Part shown: in pieces, positions 40,193-54,379 of the stretch
Layout of the letters: every line of letters starts with the position of its first letter
Numbering within the stretch: the stretch's first letter is position 1
Assembly (NCBI RefSeq): GCF_006345805.1
Contig: NC_043012.1
Location: 2,046,001-2,110,000 of the forward strand
Source of the DNA: Octopus sinensis
Lineage: Eukaryota
Length of the DNA stretch: 64,000 nt
Reading direction: 5' to 3'
Made by a program: the position numbers and the translations under genes
The notes under the pieces: generated by a model
The model's input: the letters and a program-made list of their open reading frames with translations, nothing else
Databases searched by the model: none
Told to the model about the DNA's origin: nothing

Positions 40193-40476
40193 GACACATA
40201 TACAAATATACATATATATACATACATATATATATATACATATATACATACATATATATATATATATACACATATACATACATATATATACACATATACA
40301 TATATATTCATACATATATATATACACATATATATACATACATATATATACACACATATATATATATACACATATGCATACATATATACATACATATATG
40401 TATACATATATACATGCATTTTTCAAGGAGAGGTGCAAAACTGCATTAGGCCCTACACGTATGAATATATATTATA

Positions 40477-40508
<32 letters not shown>

Positions 40509-40513
40509 CATAC

Positions 40514-40553
<40 letters not shown>

Positions 40554-40610
40554 ATACATACATGCATACTTAGTATATATGAAAATGTGTTTATGCATGT
40601 ATATATATAT
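40146..40610. repeat. Compound (TA)/(TACA) microsatellite array
   Basis: Directly visible. Confidence 0.95.
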
Positions 40611-40834
40611 AATTAAAGTAAGCAACAAGGATATCCAGAGGTAATGCTGTGCGATCGTTTCATGCAACTCCATTTAATTGAACAATGCAAACATTACATC
40701 AATTTAAAATGTACAGCAATCTTCAGCTGCATATTATTATACTATATACATACATAATATAAATATATATATATTATACGCATACATAATATACGAATAT
40801 ATATTATATACTACATTTCATAAATATATATATT

Positions 40835-41196
40835 GAGGAGACCTATTGAGTCAAGTACATCAAAATAAAAATCAAATGGAAATTTTAATTGTGATACCTT
40901 TGCCGGTGGCACGTAAAAAGCACCATCCGAACGTGGCCGATGCCAGCACTGCCTTGGCTGGCTTCCATGCCGGTGGCACAAAAGCATCAAACGATTGTGA
41001 CTGTTGACAGCCTCCTCTGGACCCAGTGCTGGTGGCACATAAAAAGTACTCACTACACTCACAGAGTGGTTGGCATTAGGAAGGGCATCCACCTGTAGAA
41101 ACACTGCAAGATCAGACTGGAGCCTAGTGCAGCCACCTGGCTTCCCAGACCCCGGTCGAACCATCTAACCCATGGAAAGCGGACGTTAAACGATGA
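40835..41196 (+). mobile_element. RTE-family 3'UTR/VNTR copy
   Basis: Core plus (GAT)n tail at right. Confidence 0.8.
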
Positions 41197-41280
41197 TGAT
41201 GATGACATATATATGATACATACATATTGTGTCTGTGTATATATATATATATATACATATATAAAACATACATACACATA

Positions 41281-41321
<41 letters not shown>

Positions 41322-41572
41322 AAATATATTCATACATATATATACGTACATAATATATATACACACACACACAATATTCAATTATTGGGGATTAATTGAT
41401 ATGCGGGTATTCTATTTCAGATAATACGAAAATAATCTAATGAGCATATCTGACAGTAAACTCATGGTATCAGTTTGCATATCATGAAATAAAACTTAAA
41501 GGTTACAAAACCAAAATTACCAGCAGGGTATATAATATCATTAATTATATCATACTTCAGTTAATACTTATC

Positions 41573-42092
41573 ATCATCATCATCATCATCATCGTTTAAC
41601 GTCCGTTCTCCATGCTAGCATGGGTTGGACGGTTCGACCGGGGATCTGGGAAGCCAGAAGGCTGCACCAGGCTCCAGTCTTATCTGGCAGTGTTTCTACA
41701 GCTGGATGCCCTTCCTAACGCCAACCACTCCGTGAGTGTAGTGGGTGCTTTTTACGTGCCACCTGCACAGGTGCCAGGCGAGGCTGGCAACGGCCACGGT
41801 CGGATTGGTGTATTTTATGTGCCACCGGCACGGAAGCCAGACGAGGCGGTGCTGGCATCGGCCACGAGTCGGATAGTGCTTTTTACGTACCACCAGACCA
41901 GGGATCCTTCGATTTCGATTTCGATTTCGCTTGCCCCAACATGTCTTCGCAAGCAAGGGGGTTGGCATGGGTGCCTGTCGTACGGTCAGATTGGTGTATT
42001 TTACGTGCCACCGGCACGGAAGCCAGTGGGGGCAGCGCTGGCATCGGCCACGAGTTGGATAGTGCTTTTTACGTACCACCAGACCAGGGATC
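41573..42092 (-). mobile_element. RTE-family 3'UTR/VNTR copy with an internal ~110-bp duplication
   Basis: (CAT)n at left; block 41800-41908 recurs at 41983-42092. Confidence 0.8.
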
Positions 42093-43069
42093 CTGGCTGG
42101 TTCAATTCATTTATCAAATATGAAGGGACAACACCTGTTTCAGTATTGGAAGATTACAATATATATATACATATACACAACTGTATACCTATATATATAC
42201 TTATATAAATACATATATGCAATCGTCAGATTTACAATTATTCCAACACATCTTCAGGTTCTATTTCAAAAAACATATATCTAATTTTACATCCCTTTAA
42301 AAATAAGCAATACAATTAAGCATTAAAAATTATGAATTAAAAGTTAAAAATTAAGATTATACTTTGTAATATTGATTAAAATTTATAAATTATACATTAT
42401 AAATATGAATTAGTATATATGTAAACCATGTAAAATCAAGTATATGTCAAATACAGAATGTGAGATATAAGGTAATACATCGGAATAAGAATGTCTCCGT
42501 TTCAATGTGATATATAACAAGAATAATTCAAATACATATCTTCCTTTCTTTCCTGATACTAAAATGGTGATTTTTCCTCATATACCCATATATATACATA
42601 CATACATACATACATACATAGACATATGTACAAACATCTATACACACACATATATATACACATAGATAATATATATATATACATACATATACACACATAT
42701 ATATATATACACATCCATATACATACATATATATATACATCCATATACATATATAAATACATATATATATATACAAATACATATATATATGCATATATAT
42801 ATACAAATACATATATATATGCATATATATATATACATACATATATATATGCATATATATATATACATACATATATATATGCATATATATATATACAAAT
42901 ACATATTATACAAATACATATATTATATATTATTATATATATACATACATATATATACACATACATATATATATACATACATATATATACAAATACATAT
43001 ATATATATATATATACATATATATACATATATATATACATATATATATACATACATATCAAAACAAATC

Positions 43070-43557
43070 AAAATAGATGAACATCAATGGAATTTGTATC
43101 TTTGCGGTACCAGTGCCGGTGGCACACAAGAAAACCATCCGAACGTGGCCGTAGCCAGTGCCGCATCAACTGGCCTCCTGGCTGTGGGCACGTAACAAAC
43201 ACCATCCGATCGTGGCCGTTCGCCAGCCTCATCTGGCACCTGTGTCGGTGGCACATAAAAACACCATCCGAGCGTGGCCGTCTGCCAGCCTCGTCTGGCA
43301 CCTGTGTCGGTGGCACATAAAAAACAACCATCCGAGCGTGGCCGTTCGCCAGCCTCGTCTGCACCTGTGTCGGTGGCACATAAAATCACCCACTACACTC
43401 TCTGGAGTGGTTGGCGTAGGAAGGGCATCCAGCTGTAGAAACACTGCCAGATCTGACTGGCCTGGTGCAGCCTTCGGGCTCCCCAGACCCCAGTTGAACC
43501 GTCCAACCCAGGCTAGCATGGAAAGCGGACGTTAAATGATGATGATGATGATGATGA
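43070..43557 (+). mobile_element. RTE-family 3'UTR copy with 4-5 VNTR units
   Basis: Units like ACCATCCGAGCGTGGCCGTTCGCCAGCCTCGTCTGGCACCTGTGTCGGTGGCACATAAAA repeated, then core and tail. Confidence 0.85.
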
Positions 43558-43587
43558 TACATATATATATATACATACATATATACA

Positions 43588-43647
<60 letters not shown>

Positions 43648-43979
43648 CATACATATATATATATATACATATACATACATATATATATATACATACATAT
43701 ACATACATATATATATATACATACATATACATACATACATATACATATACATACATATACATACATATATATACATAATACATACATATACATACATATA
43801 TATACATAACATATATAATATACATACATATATATATACATATATATAATACATATATACATATATATATACATATATATATACATATATATATATACTA
43901 TAACATATATATATACATATATATTACATACATATTAATATACATATATAGATACATATATATATACATATATATATAC

Positions 43980-44014
<35 letters not shown>

Positions 44015-44595
44015 CATATATATATATACATATATATATACATATATATATACATATATATACATATATATATACTATACTACATATATATACATACATA
44101 TATATACATATATATATACATATACATACATATATATATACATATACATATATAATATACATATATACATATACATATATACAATATATATTACATATAT
44201 ATATACATATATATATACATATATATATATACAAATATATATATACATATATATATTACATATATATATACATATAATATACATATATATATACATATAT
44301 ATATACATAATATATATACTATATATATGTACATATATATATACATATATATATACAATATATATAATATATATATATACATATATACATATACATATAT
44401 ACATATACCATATACATATATACATATACATATAATACATATACATATATACATATACATATATACATATATATATATATTATATTACATATATATATAT
44501 ACATTAATATATTATACATATATATATATATACATATAATATATATACATATATATATACATATATATATATACATATATAATCATATACATATA

Positions 44596-44628
<33 letters not shown>

Positions 44629-44962
44629 ACATATATACATATATATATATATAATATATACATATATATATATACTATATATATATACATATATATATAT
44701 ATACGATATATAATACACATATATATATATACATATATATATACATATATATATATATAATACTATAATATATACATATATATATTATATACACATATAT
44801 ATATACACTAATATATATATACACATATATATAAACATATATATATATACATATATATATACATATATAATATATATCATATATATATATTACATATATA
44901 TATATACATATATATATATACATAATATATATACATATATATATATACATATATATACATAC

Positions 44963-44992
<30 letters not shown>

Positions 44993-44993
<1 letters not shown>

Positions 44994-45145
44994 GGCCTAG
45001 TGGTTAGGGCAGCGGACTCGCGGTCGCAGGATCGCGGTTTCGATTCTCAGACCGGGCGTTGTGGTGTTTATTGAGCGAAAAAACACCTAAAAGCCCTACG
45101 AGGCTCCGGCAGGGGTGGTGATCCCTGCTACTCTTTCACCACAAT
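44993..45145 (+). mobile_element. tRNA-like SINE head (family C) embedded in a microsatellite array
   Basis: TGGCCTAGTGGTTAGGGCAGCGGACTCGCGG..GGTTTCGATTCTC; lacks a proper acceptor stem and continues into non-tRNA sequence. Confidence 0.65.
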
Positions 45146-45863
45146 GGCGGTGCCCCAGCATGGCCACAGCTCAAGAGCTGAAACTGGAAAAACAAAAACA
45201 AACAAAATATACATATACATACATATATTAATACATATACATATATATACATTATATATAACTATATATAAATATATACATATAAATATATAAATATATA
45301 CACATATATATATATACATATATATATACATAATATACATATATATATACCATATATAATACAATATATATATATACATATATATATACATATAATATAC
45401 ATATATAGATACATACATATATAGACATATCTATATACATATATATATACATATACTATATAACATATACATATATATATACTATACATATATATACATA
45501 TCATATATATATACATATATATACATATATATATATATACATATAATTAACATTATATATACATATATATATACATATATATATAAACATAATATATACA
45601 TATAATATATACATATATATATACATATATATATACATATATATAATATATATATACATATATACATACATTATATACATAATATATATATATATATATA
45701 CATATATATACATATATATATATACATATATACATACATATATAAATATACTACATATATACATATATATATATAATATAATATACAATATATATATATA
45801 CATACATAATATAATATATATATACATATATATATACATACATATATTACATATATATCATAC

Positions 45864-45956
<93 letters not shown>

Positions 45957-46192
45957 CATCATATATATATATACATATATATATATACATATATATCGAT
46001 ACATTATATATACATATAATATATACATATATTATAACATAATATATATATATACATACATATATACATACATAATCTATACATACATATATATATACAT
46101 AATATATATACATATATATACATATATATATATACATTATATACATATGATATATACATATTATACAATATATACACATATATACATACATA

Positions 46193-46282
<90 letters not shown>

Positions 46283-46567
46283 CATATATATCCTACTATA
46301 TACATACACATATATATACACACACCATATATATACATACACTATATCATAACATATATATACATACACATATATTATACATACACATATATATACATAC
46401 ACATATATATACATACACATATATATACATACACATATATATACATACATATATACATATACATACATATATACATACATATACATACATATATACATAT
46501 ACATACATATATACATATACATACATATATGCATACATATATACATACATATATATATATACATACA

Positions 46568-46622
<55 letters not shown>

Positions 46623-46689
46623 ACACATATATATATACATACATATATATATATACACATATATATATACATACATATATATATACACA

Positions 46690-46743
<54 letters not shown>

Positions 46744-46744
46744 C

Positions 46745-46775
<31 letters not shown>

Positions 46776-46780
46776 CATAC

Positions 46781-48923
46781 AGACATATGTGCAAAACACT
46801 CCCCACCAAGACCTGTGAACAAAAAGTGCAGAATCCCCCAAAACAGAAAAACCATTATCAGAAAAATAAAAAGAACAAACAAAAAAATTAACAAACTAAA
46901 GTACTGCCAACAGCAACACACACATTCGACGGCTATCGCACTGCTTGAATCCAAAAAATATAACCTCCAACAATGCATGAAGTCCCTCATCAATAACCAA
47001 AGATCAGCTGAGGAGAAGTGGGCCATTGAAAAAATCAAACTCAACCCCAAAGTGTTCTTTTCATTTGCGAGGAAACGCAGGGTCACTGTCTCCACTGTAG
47101 GCCCTCTAATTGACGAAACTGGCACTCTCCAAGATAATGCCAAATCCATGGCCGAGATACTGCAGAAACAATACTGCTCTGTTTTCAGCAATCCTGATAT
47201 GGCCGATCTGGGCTGTATCAGTGATGTCAACCCCCAACACACTATATCGGACATAACGTTTAGTGCCCCTGATGTCTTAGCGGCGATAAACGAAATAAAA
47301 CACAATTCAGCAGTAGGCCCCGATAGGTTCCCTGCTTGTGTCCTGAAGGTGTGTCGACACCAACTTGCATCTCCCCTTGCTAATCTGTGGAGAAACTCAC
47401 TGGATGCTGGCTATATTCCAAAAACCTTCTGTCCCAGTCTGTTGTCCCAGTTTTCAAAAAGGGAAACAAGTCCCTTGCAGTGAATTACCGTCCGATCTCA
47501 CTCACCTCTCATATCATCAAGGTATTTGAGAGGGTGGTGAGATCTCAAATAACCAATTTCTGGAAAGCAACAGACGGCTGATCTCCAACCAACATGGGTT
47601 CCGTAATGGAAGGGACTGCCTAACGCAGCCTGCATCACTTTGAGGACATTTTGAGAGCTTTGGGAGAGGGCTCCAACACCGATGTCATCTACCTTGATTT
47701 CAGTAAGGCCTTCGACGGGTCGATCACAAGATCCTATTGAAAAAACTATCCACATTGGTGTCTCTGGAAATTTACTGAAATGGATTAATAAGTGTTTCCT
47801 GACAGACAGATCTCAACATGTTGTAGTTGAAGGGGTAAAATCAGCCCAGCCAAAGTCAGTAGTGGCGTTCCGCAAGGCACTGTGCTGGGCCCACTTCTTT
47901 TCATCATTTACATTAATGACATTAATGACATCATCAAGCACAGCAACATAAAAATCTTTGCAGATGACTCCAAGCTACAGAAGGTCATAAATGAAGCGAG
48001 TGACCGGACATGCCTTCAGTCAGATCTACTGGCTGTTATCCAATGGGCAGAAAAAAACAATATGCTGCTGAACGAGGATAATTTGAGCTAATCCACTTTG
48101 GAAAAGAGGATGCCCTGAAACTCCCATACTCCCTTCCTTCAGGTGAAACTCTCACGGCGTCCAACAACATCAGAGACTTGGGAGTAATTGTGGACAACAA
48201 CGTAAGCTGGGCCACTCATATAAACACCAAAGTGACATGGCCCGCAGAATGTGTTCCTGGATTCTCAGAACTTTCCAGTCGAGAGATATCCACACCATTA
48301 TCCTTCTCTCTCCACTTTTGCCCGACCCCACCTTGAATACTGTTGTCCACTGTGGTCTCCCCACACAATACAAGGTATCATAAAGTCGAAGCACCTCAAA
48401 GGGCAATCACAAAAAAGATAGATGGCATGACAGGCCTCGACTATTGGGTCGACTAGAAAAGCTAAAACTCTATTCTCTCCAACGTCGTCGTGAGCGCTAC
48501 ATCATCTGCATGATGTGGAAAATATTCCATCAGCATTGCCCAAATGATGTTGGCATCACCTTTAAGGTACATCCAAGGCTTGGGCCCCGTGCCATCCGCC
48601 CAAAACAAAAATCGCACTCTCTCATCTCATACAACAATACGGCACAATTATTTCACCTCAATTGGCCCCGCTCTCTTTAACATTACACCAAAACACATTA
48701 AAACAGAAACTGACCCTATAGGTTCAAGAAGTCTTTGGACAGATTCCTTCAAGAAATCCCGGATAAACCCCCTACACAACCGGATATGTCTCTGTAAACA
48801 ATAACTCTCTACTTGAGTGGGCCATAGTGCCCAAATCTGACTTGAAAGACTTCACCAGTGGTGCTATAAGTTAGACATGGCCTGGGCCAATAATGGCCGA
48901 AACCTATCAAAGTATCAAAGTAT
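46781..48923 (+). mobile_element. 5'-truncated CR1-type LINE with frameshifted reverse transcriptase
   Basis: Motifs across frames: [80 protein letters not shown]. Ends in an 8-bp repeat tail (TATCAAAG)2 at 48905-48920. Confidence 0.92.
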
Positions 48924-49021
48924 ACATACATATATATACATACACATATATACATATATACATACATATATATATACATACATATATACATATACATACA
49001 TATATACATATACATATATAC

Positions 49022-49056
<35 letters not shown>

Positions 49057-49152
49057 CACATATATATATACATACATATATATATATACATACATATATA
49101 CATACATACATATATACATACATACATATATATAAACATATATATACAAATA

Positions 49153-49630
49153 CATCATCATCATCATCATCATTTAGCGTCCGTTCTCCATGCTAGCTTG
49201 GGTTGGACGGTTCAACTGGGGTCTCTGAAGCTGGAAGACTTCATCAGGCCCAGTCAGATCTGGCAGTGTTTCTACGGCTGGATGCCCTTCCTAACGCCAA
49301 CCACTCCGTGAGTGTAGTGGGTGCTTTTTATGTGCCACCTGCACAGGTGCCAGACAGAGCTGGCAAACGGCCACGAAACGGATGGTGCTTTTACGTGTCA
49401 CCGGCACGGGGGCCAGACAGAGCTGGCAAACGGCCACAAACGGATGGTGCTTTTACGTGTCACCGGCACGGGGGCCAGGCCAGGCTGGCAACGAACACGA
49501 ACGGATGGTGCTTTTACGTGCCACCTACACGGGGGCCAGACAGGGCTGGCGAACGGCTACGAACGGATGGTACTTTTTACGTGTCACCTGCACGGGGGCC
49601 CTGATGTTGATCGACCTCAATTTGGTTTGA
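49153..49630 (-). mobile_element. RTE-family 3'UTR copy with about 5 VNTR units
   Basis: (CAT)n at left; units ACGGATGGTGCTTTTACGTGTCACCGGCACGGGGGCCAGACAGAGCTGGCAAACGGCCAC. Confidence 0.85.
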
Positions 49631-49710
49631 TCTTGATTTTGACTCTTCTCACTGGTCTATATACATATAATAATATATACAAATATATATACATATACAT
49701 CCATATATAT

Positions 49711-50478
49711 TACATGCCACCCTAAAAACATCGCCATTCCCGCCCGTTTCTCTAAAGTTCAACCTTCGCATATTCCCTTTAATTCGATCTCCACCATTCA
49801 CTATCATTTCTTCCCCTGACTTGCAGCGATGTCCATGAGCAGGCTAAGATTTCTCCCTTCTTTTTCATACATACATACATTTGTCTACCGTTTAAATGTT
49901 TTGAACTTATAACCACCAATCTGCTTTGCTTTCCTTTTCTTTCTACATGCCACCCTAAAAACATCGCCATTCCGCCCCCCGTTTCTCTAAAGTTCAACCT
50001 TCGCATATTCCCTTTAATTCGATCTCCACCATTCACTATCATTTCTTCCCCTGACTTGCAGCGATGTCCATGAGCAGGCTAAGATTTCTCCCTTCTTTTT
50101 CATACATACATACATTTGTCTACCGTTTAAATGTTTTGAACTTATAACCACCAATCTGCTTTGCTTTCCTTTTCTTTCTACATGCCACCCTAAAAACATC
50201 GCCATTCCCGCCCGTTTCTCTAAAGTTCAACCTTCGCATATTCCCTTTAATTCGATCTCCACCATTCACTATCATTTCTTCCCCTGACTTGCAGCGATGT
50301 CCATGAGCAGGCTAAGATTTCTCCCTTCTTTTTCATACATACATACATTTGTCTACCGTTTAAATGTTTTGAACTTATAACCACCAATCTGCTTTGCTTT
50401 CCTTTTCTTTCTACATGCCACCCTAAAAACATCGCCATTCCCGCCCGTTTCTCTAAAGTTCAACCTTCGCATATTCCC
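49711..50478. repeat. Tandem repeat, 233-235-bp unit x3.3
   Basis: Units start TACATGCCACCCTAAAAAC at 49711, 49944, 50179 and 50412; near identical. Confidence 0.95.
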
Positions 50479-50717
50479 GGTGCACCCGCCCTTGCCCACC
50501 CCCACCACCAATACCGGATATCTCTTATTTTTGTTCCATCTATACCGGATGTCGCTTCTCCCACCACCATTATAGGGGTCTACTCTTCGAACCCCCCTCT
50601 TCAACACGCTATTTCACCATGCATTACCCCTCTCTTGATATCCTACGTTCTACTTGCCTAGAACCTGTCATCATTTCTCTGAACCACCCCTCCCCACTGG
50701 TGCTCCCCTATATATTT

Positions 50718-51598
50718 CTATACCCCCCCCCCCCATAAAAAGCACCATCCAACGTGGCCGATGCCAGACCCCTCTGGCACCTGTGCAGGTGGCACGTAAA
50801 AAACACCCACTACACTCGCGGAGTGGTTGGCGTTAGGAAGGGCATCCAGCTGTAGAAACACTGCCACACTAGACTGGAGCCTGGGCAGTCCCGAGCTCCC
50901 CAGACCCCGGTCGAAAACCGTCCAACCCGTGCTAGCGCGGAAAAACGGACGTTAAACGATGATGATGATGATGACCATTATATCCATATATATACCATAC
51001 ATATACATAATATATATATATATAAAACCTGTTTGACATAGGATCAGATAAATATCATGGATTGCAGATGTGTTATGCCGGTGGCATGTCTAAACTCTAC
51101 TTGTGAAGAGCCGTTGAGGCAAGTGAGGATCAGAATGGAAATCGATCAATGGAAATTGCAGATGTGTTACCAGTGCCGGTGGCATGTCGAAACTCTACTT
51201 GTGAAGACTCGTTGAGGCAAGTGAGGATCAGAATGGAAATCGATCAATGGAAATTGCAGATGTGTTACCAGTGCTGGTGGCATAAGAGAAACTTCCGTTT
51301 CGCGACCGTTGCCAGCACCGCCCTGTTTCATGTCCGTTGCCAGCCTCGCCTGGCCCCGTGCCGGTGGCACATAAAAAGCACCATCCTGTTCGTCAGCTCT
51401 GTCTGGCACCTGTGCGGGTGCACGTAAAAAGCACCCACTACACTCACGGAGTGGTTGGCGTTAGGAAGGGCATCCAGCCGTAGAAACACTGCCAGATTTG
51501 ACTGGGCCTGATGAAGCCTTCTGGCTTCACAGACCCCAGTAGAACCGTCCAACCCATGCTAGCATGGAAAACGGACACTAAACGATGATGATGATGAT

Positions 51599-51600
<2 letters not shown>
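50718..51600 (+). mobile_element. Two RTE-family 3'UTR copies (50718-50973; about 51050-51600, including a ~94-bp tandem duplication)
   Basis: Core and (GAT)n tails at right; GGAAATTGCAGATGTGTTACCAGTGC..GAAATCGATCAAT repeated about 2.3 times. Confidence 0.78.
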
Positions 51601-51648
<48 letters not shown>

Positions 51649-51718
51649 AATATATACATATATATATATACATACATATACATATACATACATATATATA
51701 TACATATACATATATAAA

Positions 51719-52610
51719 TCATCATCATCCTCATCATCGTATAACATCCGCTTTCCATGCTAGAATGGGTTGGACTGGCAAACCAGATGGCTGCACCAGG
51801 CTCCAATATTGATCTGGCAGTTTCTACAGCTGGATGTCCTTCTTAACGCCAACCACTCCAAGAGTGTAGTGGGCGCTTTTACATGCCACCGGCATGAGGG
51901 CCAGTCAGGCGGTACTGGCAACAGCCACGCTTAAATGGTGTTTTTTTACTTGCCACCTGCACAGGAGCCAGTCCAGAGGCACTGGCAATGACCTCACTCA
52001 AATGTATTTACACATGCTGCCGGCACAAGTGCCAGTAAGGCGACACTGGTAATGATCGTGCTCAAATGGTGCTGTTTACATGCCACCGGCACGGAAACCA
52101 GTCAGCTACTCTGGCAACGACCACACTCGGATGCCAGTCATCGAATTTGATTTCAACTACACTTGCCTCAACAGGTCTTCGCAAGCAGAGTTTAGTGTCC
52201 AATGAAGGAAAGGTACGCATAAGTGGGCTGGTTACACCCTGGCATAAGCAACGAGGTTATGGTCTCACTTGGCTTGCTGGGTCTTCTCGAGCACAGCATA
52301 TTTCCAAAAGTCTCAGTCACTAGTCATTGCCTCGGTAAGGCCTAATGTTCGAAGGTCGTGTTTCACCACTTCAACCCAGGCCTTCCAGGTTCTACCTCTT
52401 CTACAGGTTCCCTCAACCGTTAGGGTTTGGCACTTTTTCACACAGCTATCCTCATCCATTCTTGCCACATGACCATACCAGTGCAGTCGTCTCTCTTGCA
52501 CACCACATCTTAGGTCCAACTTTCCTCTCAAGGTACTTACACTCTGTCAAGTATGCACACTGACATTACACATCCATCGGATCGTACTGGCTTCATTCCT
52601 TGTGAGCTTA
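51719..52610 (-). mobile_element. RTE-type LINE 3' end: ORF C-terminus, 3'UTR with VNTR, (GAT)n tail
   Basis: RRLHWYGHVARMDEDSCVKK...GTCRRGRTWKAW...DLRTLGL is contiguous with the ~58-bp repeat units and the (CAT)n end at 51719. Confidence 0.85.
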
Positions 52611-52917
52611 CGCATGTCCTCAGAAAGAAATTGTTTTTTTCGCATTTTTGCAAAGTTGCACGGTAAAAAACGTTTTACTGGAAAGTTCAATTTCCTTGGT
52701 TTTACAGCTAAAAAGCTCCTATGTAATGGCAGTTCTATCAAGTAAACTGCAAAAACACCCCCCTCTCCAACAGCTTCACCTTTTTGCAGAGGGTTAGGTC
52801 TAGGTCAACCTTCCACTCCCACTTATTCCTTCGCATGCAAAAATGACTAATGGCACTTAGTTCGCACCGTTTACACCAATCCACCCATAATTAGACAATA
52901 TCCTCTCAACACCAATC

Positions 52918-53433
52918 TCATCATCATCATCGTCGTTTAATGTCTGCTTTCCATGCTGGCATGAGTTGGACGGTTTGACTGAAGGCTGCACCAGGCTCCA
53001 ATATGATCTGACGAAGTTTCTACACATTGATGCCCTACGTAACGCCAACCACTCTGAGAGTGTAGTGGGTGCTTTTTATGTGCCACCTGCAACAGAGGCT
53101 AGTCAAGTGGCACTGGCAACGACCATGCTGAAATGGTGCTTGCTCGTCAGGCAATGCTAGCAACAATCATGCTCGAATGGTTGTTTTTTACACTCCACCA
53201 GCACAGGAGCCAGTCAGTAGCCCTGGCAACGACCACGCTCGAATGGTGCCAATCAGGTGGTACTGTCATTGGCCACGACAATGATTTCACTTGCCTCAAC
53301 AGGTTTTTGAAAGTGTAGTTTATTGTCCAATGATTGAAGGGTACTCTTATACAATGGCATAGGCCACAGTTATGGTTTCACTTGGCTTGCTGGGTCTTCT
53401 CAAGCAGAGCATAATTCCAAAGGTCTCGGTCAT
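52918..53433 (-). mobile_element. RTE-family 3' end truncated at the last codons of the ORF
   Basis: Contains [17 protein letters not shown] (53378-53433), then the same 3'UTR, VNTR and tail as 51719-52610. Confidence 0.8.
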
Positions 53434-53454
53434 ACATACATAATATATAAACAC

Positions 53455-54324
53455 GTGTATATATATATATATATATATATACACATACACATATATATAT
53501 ATATACGTACACACACGTATATGTATATATATATACGTATATATATACGTACATATATATATATATACACATATATATATATATATATACGTACACACGT
53601 ACGTACATATATATATATATATACACATTAGTATATATATATATATAACGTACTTATACATACACAACGTATATATATACCACCTATACGTAATATACTA
53701 CTATATACATACATACGTTATACGTATTATATATACACATATACGTATATATATACATATATACATACATATACGTATATATATACATACATATACGTAT
53801 ATATATACATACATATACGTATATATATACATACATATACGTATATATATATACATATACATACATATACGTATATATATACATACATATACGTATATAT
53901 ATACATACATATACGTATATATATACATAACATACATATATTACAATACTTACATATATATACATATATACGTACCATAGATATACATATACATATATTA
54001 CCATACCTTATATATACATATACGTATATCTACATATACGTATATATACATATACGTATATATACATATACGTATATATACATATACGTATATATACATA
54101 TACGTATAATATACATATATACGTATATATACATATACGTATATATACATATATACATATACATATATAATCTATATATATCATATATATATATATATAA
54201 TATATATACATATATATATATATATATTATATATATACATATATATATATAATACGTATATATAATATATATATACTATATTATACATTATATATATATA
54301 TATATATACATACTATATATATCG

Positions 54325-54379
<55 letters not shown>

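Larger units (their letters stand above)
42590..46780. repeat. Multi-kb mosaic (TA)/(TACA)/(CATA) array, interrupted at 43070-43557 and 44993-45210
   Basis: Directly visible; source of the poly-YI/MY ORFs. Confidence 0.95.

Noticed and set aside
43110-43400. Regularly spaced ~58-bp repeats resembling a CRISPR array (also 49320-49600)
   Set aside because: Whole units are homologous with no unique spacers, there are no cas genes, and the context is eukaryotic; this is the RTE 3'UTR VNTR.
44993-45065. Possible tRNA gene (also heads at 55756 and 56861)
   Set aside because: A/B boxes are present but there is no complete cloverleaf or acceptor stem, and each continues into SINE body sequence.
40044-46891. 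Dozens of long ORFs of Y/I/M/C/V/H/T residues (also at 34.6-35.7, 39.1-39.5, 48.8-49.2, 53.3-54.8 and 60.5-61.7 kb)
   Set aside because: Translations of TA/CA microsatellites, which lack stop codons; no splice or homology support.
46004-47305. 433-aa minus-strand ORF, the longest in the track
   Set aside because: Antisense of the CR1 fragment fused to microsatellite.
49779-50607. Repeated 63-87-aa ORFs (MAMFLGWHVERK...)
   Set aside because: Products of the 233-bp tandem repeat; no recognisable domain or splice support.
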